DNA from: Elusimicrobiota bacterium
GTDB taxonomy: Bacteria > Elusimicrobiota > Elusimicrobia > UBA1565
Reading direction: 5' to 3'
DNA: 64,000 nt
Assembly: GCA_043819795.1 (NCBI GenBank)
Contig: JBDREN010000071.1
Coordinates: forward strand, 10,912 to 74,911
In this document: positions 20,415 to 30,950 of the stretch, in pieces
Layout: each line of letters opens with the position of its first letter
Numbering within the stretch: position 1 is the first letter of the stretch
Translations under genes and position numbers: made by a program
Notes under the pieces: model-generated
The model's database searches: none
Seen by the model: the letters and a program-made list of their open reading frames with translations, nothing else
What the model was told of the DNA's origin: nothing

Positions 20415-23400
20415 CGGATCACCACCACCCGCGTCACCTTCCGGGCTCCGCCGCCGGTGATGACCGCCAGGTAGGTGCCCGAGGCCGCCTCGCGCCCCGA
20501 TTGATTCCGGCCTTCCCAGTCGAGCAGCCCGGCGACGCTCGCCTGGCCCTGCCAGACGAGCTCGCCGAGGATCGTGAACAGCCGCACCTCGCCGTCGGCC
20601 GGGAGGTTCGAGAACCTCAACTGGGCGCCGCCGAACCGGGCGTCCCCCGTGCCGGGCATCCAGGGGATGGGGAATACCTGGACGGCGTCGAGGACGGAGC
20701 TCGCGGTGACGATGAAGGGCGCGAAAAGCGATAGATGGGTCGTGAGGGCTCGCAGGACGTGGTTCTGCGTGTCCACGGCCGTGGGAAGCAGGTTCCACCG
20801 GCCGTCGCGGAAGTTCGCGATGACGAGCCGCTTGGGGTCGGTTCCGGGGGGCAGCCAGGCCGGATCGTAGTCCATCCGGATCGTGATGGGCCGGGAGAAA
20901 AGGGGCTGGGCGCCGCCGGCCGAGATGTCCGCTCCCACGCCGGGCCCCAAGGGGGTGATGGTCGCCTGGTTGGACGCTATGGACTCGAAGGCCGCCGCGA
21001 TCGAGGCGTTCACCGTGAGGACCGTGCCGGCCGGCAGGGCGTTCATAGGCACCTCGACGCCGATGAGCGTCAGTTCGGGGACGGGCGGCTCCACGCTGAC
21101 GATCAGCGGCTCGGTGTTCGTCACCGTGTCGGTCGAGACGCTGATGCCCAAGGTTCTCGTGGATCCCAGGACCAGGAAGTTCGGGACCGCGTTCCAGTTG
21201 AGCGCCCCGACGCGTACGAAATACGTCGCGCCCGAGACGAGGCCGGAGACGACGAGCTGGGAGGCGGCGGCGTTGGATGTCGTGTCGGACGCGCCGAGGA
21301 CGGAGAAATCGGAGGCGGTCGAGGCCTCGACCCGGTAGCCTTCGCAGGTGGCCGACCGCGGCGCGCCCGCCAGCGCGGTCCACGTGACGGTGATCGAGGT
21401 GGCCATCGCGGCGAAGGGGTCCCCGGCCGGCGGGGAGGGCCGCTGCGCCAGAGTGGAGGTCGCCAAGGTGATCGAGGCGGACGGCAGGCCCGAGTGGTTG
21501 ACCGCGACGATCCGCGCGTAGCAGGTCGTGTTAGCGTCGAGCGACGAGAGAGCCAGGGAGGTGGCCGCGGTGTCCGAGGAGGATACTCCGGCCGTGAAGG
21601 CGGAGTCCGACGAGACCTCCGCGAGGTAGCGCGTCCCGGCCGGATTCCCTCCGTCCGTCCAGTTGACCGTCATGGTCGTGACGAATACATCCGTGAAGGA
21701 GGGGTCGGCGGCGGCGGGGATCGCGGCGAGGGTGGAGGTGGAGCCGAGCTGAGCGACGGGACCGTGCACGGGGTTGACGCGGAAATAATAGGTCGTGTTG
21801 GAGGGAAGGGAGCCAAACGACGCGAAGAGGTTGCGCGTGCCGCTGCTGAGCACGGGCCCCGAGAAATCCGACGTGGGGGAAGCCTGGGCCAGGTATTCCA
21901 GGCCGGCCGGGTTCCCGTTCAAGGTCCAGTTAGCCCGGATCGCGCCGTCGGTGACGCCGGAGAAGGCCGCGGCGCCCGGCGCGGCCAGGCCGCTCAAGGT
22001 GAACGTGGAGCCGAGGAGCAGGTGGTTCGCCCCGCCGAGCTCGTTGAGCGTGCCCAGGCGCAGGTAGTAGGTCGTCAGCGCCGTCAGGCCGTCGAGGCGC
22101 AGGCTCGAGACTCCGGCCACCGTCGTGGCGCTCGAGACGAGCGCGCCGCTGAAGTCGGGGGCCGGGGAGGCCTCGAGCCGGTAGCCGAAGGCGGAGGCCG
22201 CGCGGGGCGCGGCCTCCAGGGGCGTGTAGGAGACCGTGATGCTGGAGCCGCCCACGTCCATCGCCGGGCCCGACAGTGGAAGCGACAGCGTCGAGGTCGA
22301 AGCCGAGGCGCCGGCCGGGCCTTCTCCGCAGGAGTTTTGGCCCTTAACGAGAAGATCGTAGACCGTGTTGGCCGCCAGTCCCGTGAAGGCGAACGGCGGC
22401 GAGGCCGCGCTCGCGATCGGGTTGGACGTGTCGGTGGCGTAGTAGACGTTGTAGGTCGTGGCGTTCGTGATGAGGGCCCAGGTCCAGCTGATGGAGGAGG
22501 CGCCCATCGTCGTCGGCGTGACGGCGGACGAGCCTCCGACCACGCTGCCGCAGCCGTGCACCCAGACCTTGCCGCTGCCGAAGGTGTTGTTCGGGACGGG
22601 GCCGTCCGCCAGGACCTTGGCGTCCGCGCGCGCGTCGGCCTTGAGCGCGTTCTCGACCTCTCCCGGGGTCTGGCTCGGGTCGTCCTGGAGGTTGAGGGCG
22701 ATGAGCCCTGCGATGACCGGCGTGGCCATGGAGGTGCCGTTGATGAGGCGGTGGCGGCTGTCGAGCGCGATGTTTTGGGGGCTCTCCGAGTCGCCGGTGA
22801 TGTCGGCCGAGAGGGCGGAGGCTACGCGATGGCCGGGGGCGGCCAGATCGGGCTTGACGCGGCCGTCCCGGGTGGGACCGCGGTTGCTGAAGACCGAGAT
22901 GTCGCCCAGCTGTGCGTCGGAGCAGTCCGTGTCGAAGTAGTTGCCGTTGTTGTCGGCCCGCCACTCCCGTTTGCTGCAGTACGACCCGGCCGAGATGACG
23001 TTGTCCGCCACGGCGGGAGAGGCCACCGTGGAGGCGGGGTCCACGCGGGTGGAGAACTTCGCGTAATCGGTGTCGAAGATCCAGCCGTGCAGCTTTCCCG
23101 TGCCCCCGCTGGTGTCGCGGCGGAACTGGATATGGAATTCCGAGTAGCTGATGCTGGGCGTCTGGTAGATCGTAATCGAGATCTGTTTATCGTTGCTGGG
23201 ATGGGAGTTGGTCCCGTTCGAGATAGTGATCTCCGTGGCCCCAATGGTGCCCGTCACGTCGTAACCAGAGGGGCGGGTGACGTACTCGCCGCCCGCGGCG
23301 GTGGACACCCAGACCGTGTAGGTGTCGCCGGTATCGGCCCAGAACTCCACGTCGATCCAGTCGTACGTGCGGTAGACGTCCACGTAGAACGTGGCGGTGC

Positions 23401-24466
23401 CGCCCGCGCCGATGACGGCGGAGCCGTGGGTGTCGAGGGCCTGCTCGTTGCCCATGGCCACGACGACGGGGGTGCTGGCGGCGACGGTATTGAGCTGCTG
23501 CTCGAAGTTCCGCGTCCCGTCGTGAGGGCCGATCTGGGCGCTCATGCTCAGGTTCACGACCGCGCGTTTTCCCAGCGCCTTGGCCTTCTCGATGATGTAG
23601 TTCACCCCGTCCATGACTTTGTCGTCGAAGTAGGTGGTCTTCACCATGATGATGTCGGCGTCCGGAGCCATGCCGGTGAATGTCCCGGCCGGCAGGTCCC
23701 CGTCGGTCGCGCTCCCGTCGCCGGCCGCGATGCCGGCCACGTGGGTGCCGTGGCCGTCGGTGTCCTTCTGGCGCACGACGTTTGCCGGGGAGCCGTCGAT
23801 CTCGTTGTTGATCTGCGCCTGGGTCCATTGGCTGCCGTAGGTAAAGGACCCTCCGGGAGCCGGGCCGCCCGTGTCGGTCTGGTCCCAGATGTAGAGGATC
23901 CTGCTCTGGCCCGCGGCGTCGATGAAGTCGCCGTGCTTGAAGTCGATCCCGGTGTCTACGATGCCGATGACCACCCCCGAGCCCGTCCTGGAGCCGAAAG
24001 TCGGGTAGTCCGGGTCCACCACGCCGAGGTAGACACCTGAGCGGATGGTGGTGGAGCGGACCACGTCCAGGGAGGGCCGGTAGCGCACGGACGCCTCGGC
24101 GTACTCCAGGTCGGGGTCGGCCTCCAGCGCGTCGAGGTAGGAGAAGGGGACCTCCGCGGTCACGATGCGCCCGTTCATCGCCCCGAAGCGGGCCTTGGGA
24201 TAGCGGGAAGCCAACTCCGAGCGGCTCAGGCCGGAGCGGACACGCAGGAAGACGTCCACCGTCTGCTCGGGCTTCTCGGCGTGCACGGCCGTGCGGAACC
24301 GGCTCTTGGCGCGCTCTGCCCCGGAGCGGGACCTGAGCGCCTGCAGGCGGGGGTCCAGCCTGCTTCCAGCGGCCCGGAGGCCTCCGGCCAGGAGGGGTAC
24401 GATCAGCCCGGCCAGGAGGAGGAGCCGGCCGAGCTTTCGGATAGAGGTGCGAACAGCCATGCGCAT
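20411..24466 (-). CDS. Secreted S8 subtilase with 5 FN3-like domains and T9SS/FlgD-like C-terminal domain
   Basis: Triad GIVDTGID, HGTHVAG, NGTSMATP; FN3 motifs; C-terminus VFPIPW...FTILGELVW...WEGRN..G..AASGTYL...VVVIR. Confidence 0.9.
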   Translation of the reverse strand: MRMAVRTSIRKLGRLLLLAGLIVPLLAGGLRAAGSRLDPRLQALRSRSGAERAKSRFRTAVHAEKPEQTVDVFLRVRSGLSRSELASRYPKARFGAMNGRIVTAEVPFSYLDALEADPDLEYAEASVRYRPSLDVVRSTTIRSGVYLGVVDPDYPTFGSRTGSGVVIGIVDTGIDFKHGDFIDAAGQSRILYIWDQTDTGGPAPGGSFTYGSQWTQAQINNEIDGSPANVVRQKDTDGHGTHVAGIAAGDGSATDGDLPAGTFTGMAPDADIIMVKTTYFDDKVMDGVNYIIEKAKALGKRAVVNLSMSAQIGPHDGTRNFEQQLNTVAASTPVVVAMGNEQALDTHGSAVIGAGGTATFYVDVYRTYDWIDVEFWADTGDTYTVWVSTAAGGEYVTRPSGYDVTGTIGATEITISNGTNSHPSNDKQISITIYQTPSISYSEFHIQFRRDTSGGTGKLHGWIFDTDYAKFSTRVDPASTVASPAVADNVISAGSYCSKREWRADNNGNYFDTDCSDAQLGDISVFSNRGPTRDGRVKPDLAAPGHRVASALSADITGDSESPQNIALDSRHRLINGTSMATPVIAGLIALNLQDDPSQTPGEVENALKADARADAKVLADGPVPNNTFGSGKVWVHGCGSVVGGSSAVTPTTMGASSISWTWALITNATTYNVYYATDTSNPIASAASPPFAFTGLAANTVYDLLVKGQNSCGEGPAGASASTSTLSLPLSGPAMDVGGSSITVSYTPLEAAPRAASAFGYRLEASPAPDFSGALVSSATTVAGVSSLRLDGLTALTTYYLRLGTLNELGGANHLLLGSTFTLSGLAAPGAAAFSGVTDGAIRANWTLNGNPAGLEYLAQASPTSDFSGPVLSSGTRNLFASFGSLPSNTTYYFRVNPVHGPVAQLGSTSTLAAIPAAADPSFTDVFVTTMTVNWTDGGNPAGTRYLAEVSSDSAFTAGVSSSDTAATSLALSSLDANTTCYARIVAVNHSGLPSASITLATSTLAQRPSPPAGDPFAAMATSITVTWTALAGAPRSATCEGYRVEASTASDFSVLGASDTTSNAAASQLVVSGLVSGATYFVRVGALNWNAVPNFLVLGSTRTLGISVSTDTVTNTEPLIVSVEPPVPELTLIGVEVPMNALPAGTVLTVNASIAAAFESIASNQATITPLGPGVGADISAGGAQPLFSRPITIRMDYDPAWLPPGTDPKRLVIANFRDGRWNLLPTAVDTQNHVLRALTTHLSLFAPFIVTASSVLDAVQVFPIPWMPGTGDARFGGAQLRFSNLPADGEVRLFTILGELVWQGQASVAGLLDWEGRNQSGREAASGTYLAVITGGGARKVTRVVVIR

Positions 24467-24941
24467 GATAGGTAACGTTTCCCGGCCGCGTCCGACATGA
24501 CGCCAAACGAAATCAGCGAGCCGCTCCCGCCCCTTCCCGGACGTATGCGAGAGGCTTCTTTGCCCGGCGGGAGCCTCCGACTGCGGATTGCCGCCTCTGA
24601 AATTATAGAAAATCCCGGGATGCGGCGGGGTTTAGGCTTCGCTCGTCAGAGGCCGCCCATGGCTCTTGAGGCCTTGGGCCCAGGGCTCGCCTGGGACTAT
24701 CGCCGGTGGGGCGGCCGGCCGGACCGGCACCGCGTCCCGGCGTCCCGGGTCTCTGAAGGCGGAACCGCCGCGGCCGGGAGGCCGCGGCGGTTCTTGCAGG
24801 ACGGGTCAGCCGGCCGGAGCTACTTCTTCTTGTTGCCTCCGCCCGCGCCGGAGCCTCTATCGGCTTGCGCGCTAAAATATAGACAGAAATTTTATGTCAG
24901 GGTTGACGAGCGACGTCGGATGGTCTGATGGACAGTTCGGG

Positions 24942-25514
24942 CTATTTGGGAGTGCGGGAGGCCTTCCCGGTCTTGCCCGCGGCGCGGGCCTTGCCGGTGA
25001 TCATCACCTTGGAGATGATCAGCTTGGCCGAAGTGGAGGCCTTCCCGGAGAGCAGCGAGAGCATCTCGACCTGCATGGGGGGCGAGGCGATCTGGACGCC
25101 GTAGAGGAACCGGGTCAGCCTCAGGACGGGAGCCCGGGTCTCCATCTCCACGGCGTAGACCTTGTGCGATTTCCCGTCCTCGACGGGCAGGGGGCGGAGG
25201 TCGGTGATGGTGAGGAAGCTCTTGCGGGCCAGGCCCTCGATCGCCTTGAGGAACTTGCCCATCTCCTCCTGGTCCGAGCCTCTTTGACGGGCGGGGAGGG
25301 CGAGGCGCTCGTGGGCCTTGCGGATGCGCGTCTCTTGGTTCAGCAGACGGCGCCCCTTCTGGAGGCGCGTCTCCATCGCCTCGATGCGGCCGTGGAGCGA
25401 GGTCCAGCGCTCGAAGGTCGGCTCCACCACCAGCTTGACGACCGGGGCCAGGACGACCAGGCCGATCGTCAAGGCGCATGTGATCCTTTCCCGGGATGAG
25501 AACCGCCTCTCCAT
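24942..25514 (-). CDS. T2SS inner-membrane platform protein GspM/PilO-like
   Basis: Start MERRFSSRER, one TM helix, coiled coil, ferredoxin-like C-terminus; last gene of gsp operon. Confidence 0.75.
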   Translation of the reverse strand: MERRFSSRERITCALTIGLVVLAPVVKLVVEPTFERWTSLHGRIEAMETRLQKGRRLLNQETRIRKAHERLALPARQRGSDQEEMGKFLKAIEGLARKSFLTITDLRPLPVEDGKSHKVYAVEMETRAPVLRLTRFLYGVQIASPPMQVEMLSLLSGKASTSAKLIISKVMITGKARAAGKTGKASRTPK

Positions 25515-26905
25515 CAGTCCTGTCTCCTGGCCCGCCCCTGGATCTGGAACTCCACGACGTCCCGGCCGTCCCTCTTCAACACGTTCGACGACTTCAATTC
25601 GACCCCCACGAAGGTGGGGGAGCGCTCCAGCAGGCCCACCAGTCCCACCGCGTCGGAGAGGGAGGGCGCGCTGCCCCTTATCGAGACGCGTCCGTCGGAC
25701 TCGAAGTTGAGGCCCCCTAAGGTGATGTGCGCCGGCACGATCCGGTGCAGGCTCGCCAGGACGTCGAGGGCCGAGACCTGGCCCGCGGTCTCGCCTTCCA
25801 CGATCTTCACCTGCGCCGCCATGCGCTTGAGCTCGCCGGCGCGGGGGCTGATCGCTGTCCACTCGCGCTGTAGCCGGGCGAGGCGCGCCTGAGCCCGATC
25901 CTGCTTGACGTACGCGATCCCTCCCCAGATCAGGGCGAGGATGGAGGCCAGGACGCCGAGCCTGACCCAGTCGTGCCGGCGCGCGGAGCCCGCGAGCAGC
26001 TGCTTCTCCCGGCGCGGCATCAGGTTGACCCGCTTGTCGGCGCACAGGGCCGTGCCGAGGGCCGCGTAGGGGCCGGGTCCCGGCGGCCAAGACAGGCCCT
26101 TCGCGCGGGCGAGCTTGGGGAAAGGATCGAAGCGGGTGCAGGCATACTGGCTCTCGAGCTTCTCCTGCAGCGGCTCCCAGCCGGGCGGGGGCGGCACCAT
26201 GGCGACCGCGAACGGCTCGGCCAGCGGCCCCTGTTTCCGGTAGGCCTGCATCGAGAGCTCGATCTCCTCCAAGATCTTGCTCGCCCGGGCTTCGCCGTCC
26301 CGCGCGCCGAGCGAGGCGCTCCGGGTGAAGGTGAGCCGCCCTTTCTCCAGGAAGTTGAACCCGGCCCAGTTCGGGCCCGGCTCGAGGAACAGGAGGGTGC
26401 CTTCGCGCTTGTCCAGCGTGGCCAGGCGGGCGAGCGCTTGCGAGCTCAGGACGACCTTCTTGGGGTAGAGCCCCGCCTCGTGCAGCAGGGCGAGCGGCTT
26501 CTCGATCTCGGGGTTCAGGACGACGATCATCATGACGCTGCTGTACCCGTTGGGCTCCACCCGGATGAGGTCGTAATCGATCAGGATCTCTTCGGGTTTG
26601 AAGGGCATCTTCCTGACGGCCTCGAGCGCCACCATCTCCGCGATCTCCGCCGGGTTGACCGAGGGGATGCTGAGATAGCTCACCCCGGCCAGGGACCGCG
26701 GCAGGCACATGACGATGTGCCGCAGGTCAAAGCCCTCCTTCTCCAGCAGGCGGCGGAGGGCCTTCGGGTCCTCGAACTCCGCAGTCACGGCTTTCTCCAC
26801 CAGGGGCGCGCCCGCGGACTTGCGGACCTGGACCGCGTGCGCGGTCTTGCCCTCCAGCAGGAGGCCCGTGGTCCGGTGGTTGAAGAAGAAGTCAGCTGCT
26901 TTCAT
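25514..26905 (-). CDS. T2SS GspL-like protein (PilM-like cytoplasmic plus PilN-like periplasmic domains)
   Basis: Actin-like N-terminus, VNLMP motif before TM helix, PilN-like end (LERSPTF..VEL). Confidence 0.8.
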   Translation of the reverse strand: MKAADFFFNHRTTGLLLEGKTAHAVQVRKSAGAPLVEKAVTAEFEDPKALRRLLEKEGFDLRHIVMCLPRSLAGVSYLSIPSVNPAEIAEMVALEAVRKMPFKPEEILIDYDLIRVEPNGYSSVMMIVVLNPEIEKPLALLHEAGLYPKKVVLSSQALARLATLDKREGTLLFLEPGPNWAGFNFLEKGRLTFTRSASLGARDGEARASKILEEIELSMQAYRKQGPLAEPFAVAMVPPPPGWEPLQEKLESQYACTRFDPFPKLARAKGLSWPPGPGPYAALGTALCADKRVNLMPRREKQLLAGSARRHDWVRLGVLASILALIWGGIAYVKQDRAQARLARLQREWTAISPRAGELKRMAAQVKIVEGETAGQVSALDVLASLHRIVPAHITLGGLNFESDGRVSIRGSAPSLSDAVGLVGLLERSPTFVGVELKSSNVLKRDGRDVVEFQIQGRARRQD

Positions 26906-27839
26906 GCCAGTAGGCGATCTTTTCCTTCGCGTCCGTGGCGAACACGACGGTGTACCGGCGGGATACCCTGCCGCGGCGCGCCGTCAGATCGGCGCGGAAA
27001 TAAGTCGAGCGGACCGTGAGCTGCCCGGCGAGCTGGCTGAGGTTCTTGAGCTCCTCCGGCCCCAGGTCCATGGAGACGCTCAGGTCCTGCGAGATCGAAG
27101 GCACGCTCTTGAAGACTCCGTCGTCCTCGGTCGCCGCCTCCATGTCCTCCCCGCGCCTGAAGTCGAGTACCTTGATGAGGAGATCCTCCTCCATCCCGAG
27201 GGCTGTCAGCGTTTCAGGAGAGGCGGTGTTGACGTTGACCTTCCCGGAGCCGTGGACGCTCAGCCATGGCCGCGCCTTCGCGAAGCGCTCCGGGCTCACG
27301 CCCTTGACGAGGAGAAGCTCGTCGACGCTGAGAAAAGGGCCGTTGCGCGCCTCGTAGCCCTCGTATTCCTCCGTTCCCGCGGCCAAGGGCTCCTTGTCCG
27401 GGTCCCGCCAGTCCACGATCGCGGCCGCGAGGTCCGCGTCCAGCCCCGGAAGGCGGGCCAGAACCTCCGGCGAGGCGGTGTTCAGGTTGATGCGGCTCTC
27501 CTCATCGGAGAGGCCGTTGAGGGCCTGGGTCTCGAAGCGTCCGGAGGCCGCGTCATGGCTCCAGGTGAGGGTCCCTCCCATCAGCTCGCGCCGCGCCATC
27601 AGCTCGGGATCGTGGCTCCACTTCTGGTTCAAAGCCGAGTGTCCGGACGACGCTCCCGCGGCCTCGCGCGAGAATACCAGCGCGGCCTTGGCCATCTGGA
27701 CGAGCTGGATGGCCTCCTGCTGGTAGCGCGTCAGCCGGAGCTCGAGCGTCATCCGGTAGGCGAGCCCCAAGGCTAGCATGGACAGGAGGGCCAAGGTCCA
27801 GAGGCAGACGATCAGGGCCGCGCCGCGCTCCGTCCTCAT
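26892..27839 (-). CDS. gspK: T2SS minor pseudopilin GspK
   Basis: RGAALIVCLW, DEESRINLNTA, AIVDWRD, GKVNVNTA. Confidence 0.9.
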   Translation of the reverse strand: MRTERGAALIVCLWTLALLSMLALGLAYRMTLELRLTRYQQEAIQLVQMAKAALVFSREAAGASSGHSALNQKWSHDPELMARRELMGGTLTWSHDAASGRFETQALNGLSDEESRINLNTASPEVLARLPGLDADLAAAIVDWRDPDKEPLAAGTEEYEGYEARNGPFLSVDELLLVKGVSPERFAKARPWLSVHGSGKVNVNTASPETLTALGMEEDLLIKVLDFRRGEDMEAATEDDGVFKSVPSISQDLSVSMDLGPEELKNLSQLAGQLTVRSTYFRADLTARRGRVSRRYTVVFATDAKEKIAYWHESS

Positions 27840-28417
27840 GGCCATGCCCCCAGGGGGATCCACATCGTCCTCAGGAAGGCGTGGGCCCGGCCGTAGCGGT
27901 CCTGCAGGGTCAGCCGCACGCGGACGCCGCGCGGCAGCTTCGTTTCGGACTCCCATTCCTCCTTCCACAGGGTCGTCCTCTCGACCTCCGGGTCCGGATA
28001 GGGGTACTCGAAGACCATCCGGCCTGGGCGCGCGGTGAGGGGCTTGGGGGGCTTCTCCTCCTCTCCTTCCTTCTTCGCGTAGGTCCGGAGCTCGCGCAGG
28101 AGCCCGCCGGTCTCCTGGTCCACTCTGTAGACGACGCGGAATATCCCGGGGGCCTTCTCCATGTCGAGGACGGCGTCGAAGGAGAGGAGGTCCTGCTTTC
28201 CCTCCAGCGGTTTCTTCGGCAGCGAGATCATGTTGCGCAGCTCCAGCCCCATCTCCTCGAGGACGCGCCGCGCCTCGTGGTTCACCCGGCCCGCCTCCTC
28301 GCCCTTTCTCCAGGCGTCCACGCCGGCCCGGAGGCTGGCCGCGAGCGCGAGCCCCACGGCGGCGAAGATGCCGAGGGCCAGCAGGAACTCGATCAGGGTG
28401 TAGCCGCTTCTCCTCAT
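27836..28417 (-). CDS. gspJ: T2SS minor pseudopilin GspJ-like
   Basis: Prepilin motif G/YTLIEFLL; C-terminal LPRGVRVRL. Confidence 0.8.
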   Translation of the reverse strand: MRRSGYTLIEFLLALGIFAAVGLALAASLRAGVDAWRKGEEAGRVNHEARRVLEEMGLELRNMISLPKKPLEGKQDLLSFDAVLDMEKAPGIFRVVYRVDQETGGLLRELRTYAKKEGEEEKPPKPLTARPGRMVFEYPYPDPEVERTTLWKEEWESETKLPRGVRVRLTLQDRYGRAHAFLRTMWIPLGAWP

Positions 28418-28806
28418 TTCTCCGGCAGGCACGCCCGCAAGGCGAACGTCTCGCGGCCGCGGCCCTCCGACCAGTCCAGCTTCAGCTCCCACATGCGCCA
28501 CGGCGTATTCTCGTCCTGGGGGTCCTTGGGCTCCTCCTTCGTGAGGTCCCAGCGCAAAGGGCGCTCCAAAACGGGGTTGAACGGCTCGAACACGGGCTCG
28601 GCGGGGTCATCGTCGCCCGGCTTGGCCCACTGCTCGATCTCCCAGAGCCTGCCTTCCACGAGCAGGGCCGCCTGGAAGCGGGTCTCGCTCACGCGGGCCG
28701 CCTTCAAACAGGACGAGAAGACGCGGAATACGAGCACGATCCCGCCCGACAGGACGGTGAGGGCCACAAGGACCTCGACCAAGAAGAAGCCGCCGCTACC
28801 CTTCAT
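28414..28806 (-). CDS. gspI: T2SS minor pseudopilin GspI-like
   Basis: Prepilin motif G/FFLVEVLVAL; position between H and J. Confidence 0.75.
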   Translation of the reverse strand: MKGSGGFFLVEVLVALTVLSGGIVLVFRVFSSCLKAARVSETRFQAALLVEGRLWEIEQWAKPGDDDPAEPVFEPFNPVLERPLRWDLTKEEPKDPQDENTPWRMWELKLDWSEGRGRETFALRACLPEK

Positions 28807-29257
28807 CCCGCGCCACCCGTCCCGTCAGTCCATCCACCTCCAGAGTCAGGGTCTCCCCGTTGTCGTTGGAGAATACCAGCTCGGCGTCCGTGCCCGCCCC
28901 GTTCGGGGCGAAGGTGACTTGAGTCTGCTCCGCCTCCATATGCACTCCCCAGGGCAGCCGACGCAGTCCTCCCACCCGCCCGCGCACCAGCTGGAAAGCC
29001 CCCTCGTCGTCTTCGAAGGAGAGCCGGTAGGTCCCCTCTTCCGGGTCCAGGCTCACGCGGTAGCGCAGGCCCTCCATGATCGCCCGCTCGCGCGCGTAGT
29101 CCATCGTACGGGCGACGTTGTTCGCCCCGTCCTCCAGGGCCAGAGACCGGAAGGTACGCTGGAAAAGCGGTACGGAGGCGGCGGTCAGCACGCCGAGGAG
29201 TAACGTGACCAGCATCAGCTCGATTAGAGTAAAGCCTGGTACGCGCGCCTTCCCCAC
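28796..29257 (-). CDS. gspH: T2SS minor pseudopilin GspH/FimT-like
   Basis: G/FTLIELMLV, ARERAI, VTFAPNG, LTGRV. Confidence 0.8.
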   Translation of the reverse strand: MGKARVPGFTLIELMLVTLLLGVLTAASVPLFQRTFRSLALEDGANNVARTMDYARERAIMEGLRYRVSLDPEEGTYRLSFEDDEGAFQLVRGRVGGLRRLPWGVHMEAEQTQVTFAPNGAGTDAELVFSNDNGETLTLEVDGLTGRVARDEG

Positions 29258-29713
29258 TCAAAAGACCTCCTCTTGCTCCGTCTCCGCCGTTTCCCAGTTC
29301 GCGATGTCGTCGCCTCCGCCCTCGGTCGCGTCCGGCCCGTAGGAGTAGAGGTCGTAGTCCGTGTTGCGCTCCCCGGGCGAGCGGTATTGGTACGGGTTGC
29401 CCCACGGGTCTTTCAGCGAGCCTTTCTTCAGGTACGGCCCGTTCCATTTGGTCGGGGTCGGGGGGGAGGAGGGCGCGGCCTTGAGCGCGTCCAGCCCCTG
29501 CTCCGAGGTCGGGTAGCGTCCGTTGTCCATCTCGTAGAGGTCCAGGGCGATCGCGAGATTGGCCTGGATGTCGGCCTCGGCCGTGGCGACGCGCGCCTGC
29601 TCCGAGCGTCCGGCGAAGCGCGGCACGACCATCAAGGCCAGGGTGCTGATGATGATCACCACCAGAAGCAGCTCGATCAGAGTGAATCCGCGAGAATCTC
29701 GTCGTCGTCTCAT
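29258..29713 (-). CDS. gspG: T2SS major pseudopilin GspG
   Basis: RBS GGAGG; G/FTLIELLLV, ALDLYEMDNGRYPTSEQGL, WNGPYL, DPWGNPY, DDIANW. Confidence 0.95.
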   Translation of the reverse strand: MRRRRDSRGFTLIELLLVVIIISTLALMVVPRFAGRSEQARVATAEADIQANLAIALDLYEMDNGRYPTSEQGLDALKAAPSSPPTPTKWNGPYLKKGSLKDPWGNPYQYRSPGERNTDYDLYSYGPDATEGGGDDIANWETAETEQEEVF

Positions 29714-29784
29714 GCCGTCCTCCCTAATAGTCTCGCTCCAAAACCGTCTCAGCCAAAGTGTCTCAGTCATTGTTTCACAACCCC

Positions 29785-30948
29785 TTACTTCACCATGACG
29801 TGGATCTGTAGGATCGGCAGGAGCATGGCCAGGACCATCAGCCCCACCATGCTTCCCACGCAGAGGATCATGGTCGGCTCCAGCATGGAGGTCACTAGCC
29901 GGACCGTCCTCTCGAAATCCTTTCCGTAGGCGGCGGCGACCTTCTCGAGCGAGCGCTCGAGCTTGCCCCCTTCCTCGCCCACGGCGATCATGTGGCACAC
30001 GAACTCGGGGAGATGGCCCTGGAGCCCGGCCGCCAGGCTCGAGCCGTTCTCCACGGCGTCGGCCGCCGTGTCGATCTGGGCCTGGAGCCGGGGGTGGCCG
30101 ACGCTCTTCGAGACCACGCGCAGGGCCTCCATGAGGGGGACACCGTTGGCGACCAGCGTGGCGAGGGTCTGGGAAAAGCGGGCCACGGCGGCCTTGTACG
30201 CGATGGGCCCCCATACGGGCAGCCGCCATGCGATCCCTCCCTTGGGCCCCACCCTCCACCAAGCGGCGCCCACGAGAGTCAGGCCCAGCAGCCAGGCCCA
30301 CCACGAGCCTCTCCAGTGGTTGCCGACGTCCAGCAGGAGCCGCGTGATCCAGGGCAGGCTCGCTCCCATCTCTCCGAACATCTCCCCGAGCTTCGGGATC
30401 ACGAAGGTGAGCAGGAACCCGATGGTGCCCACGCCCACCAGGGCGACCAGCAGCGGATAGGCCGCGGCCGATTGGAGCCGGGAGCGGAACTCGATCTCCT
30501 CCTCGTAGAACCCGGCCAGGCGGTCGAGGACCGTGGCCACGGCCCCGCCGAGCTCGCCCGCCTTGAGGACGCTGGTGTAGACCGGGGGGAAGACCGCCGG
30601 GTGGTCCGCCATGGCGGCGGAGAGCGCCTTCCCCTCCTTGACCTGCCCCTGGACCTCTCCCAGGAGGGTCGCGAAGCGCTTGTTCTCGGTCTGGCGCTGC
30701 AGCACCTCGAGGGCCTTCAGAAGCGGCAGGCCCGAGTCGAGGAGGTCCGAGAGGTGCCTGGTGAAGAGGGCGACGTCCGCCATCCGGACGCGGCGGAAAC
30801 GGGGGCGGGATTCCTCCTCCACCGCCACCGGGAAGTATCCCTGGTCGCGGATCATGTCCAGAGCCCTCTTGCGGCTGTCGGCCTCGACGACGCCGCGCAC
30901 CAGGCCCTGGGGGCCGCGCTTGGCGCGATAGGAGAACCTGGGGCTCAT
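29785..30948 (-). CDS. gspF: T2SS platform protein GspF
   Basis: FTRHLSDLLDSGLPL, AGELGG, YP, VGEEGGKL, LEP. Confidence 0.93.
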   Translation of the reverse strand: MSPRFSYRAKRGPQGLVRGVVEADSRKRALDMIRDQGYFPVAVEEESRPRFRRVRMADVALFTRHLSDLLDSGLPLLKALEVLQRQTENKRFATLLGEVQGQVKEGKALSAAMADHPAVFPPVYTSVLKAGELGGAVATVLDRLAGFYEEEIEFRSRLQSAAAYPLLVALVGVGTIGFLLTFVIPKLGEMFGEMGASLPWITRLLLDVGNHWRGSWWAWLLGLTLVGAAWWRVGPKGGIAWRLPVWGPIAYKAAVARFSQTLATLVANGVPLMEALRVVSKSVGHPRLQAQIDTAADAVENGSSLAAGLQGHLPEFVCHMIAVGEEGGKLERSLEKVAAAYGKDFERTVRLVTSMLEPTMILCVGSMVGLMVLAMLLPILQIHVMVK

Positions 30949-30950
30949 GC

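Noticed and set aside
20735..24040. 1101-aa plus-strand ORF (also 41256-44240, 30972-33347, 50961-52793 and similar)
   Set aside because: Antisense shadows of well-supported genes in high-GC DNA, with no recognisable motifs.
24467..24941. Riboswitch, sRNA or small ORF in the long gap before the S8 gene (also 61165-61472)
   Set aside because: No RNA family consensus recognisable by eye and no credible ORF; an Rfam/Infernal scan would be needed.
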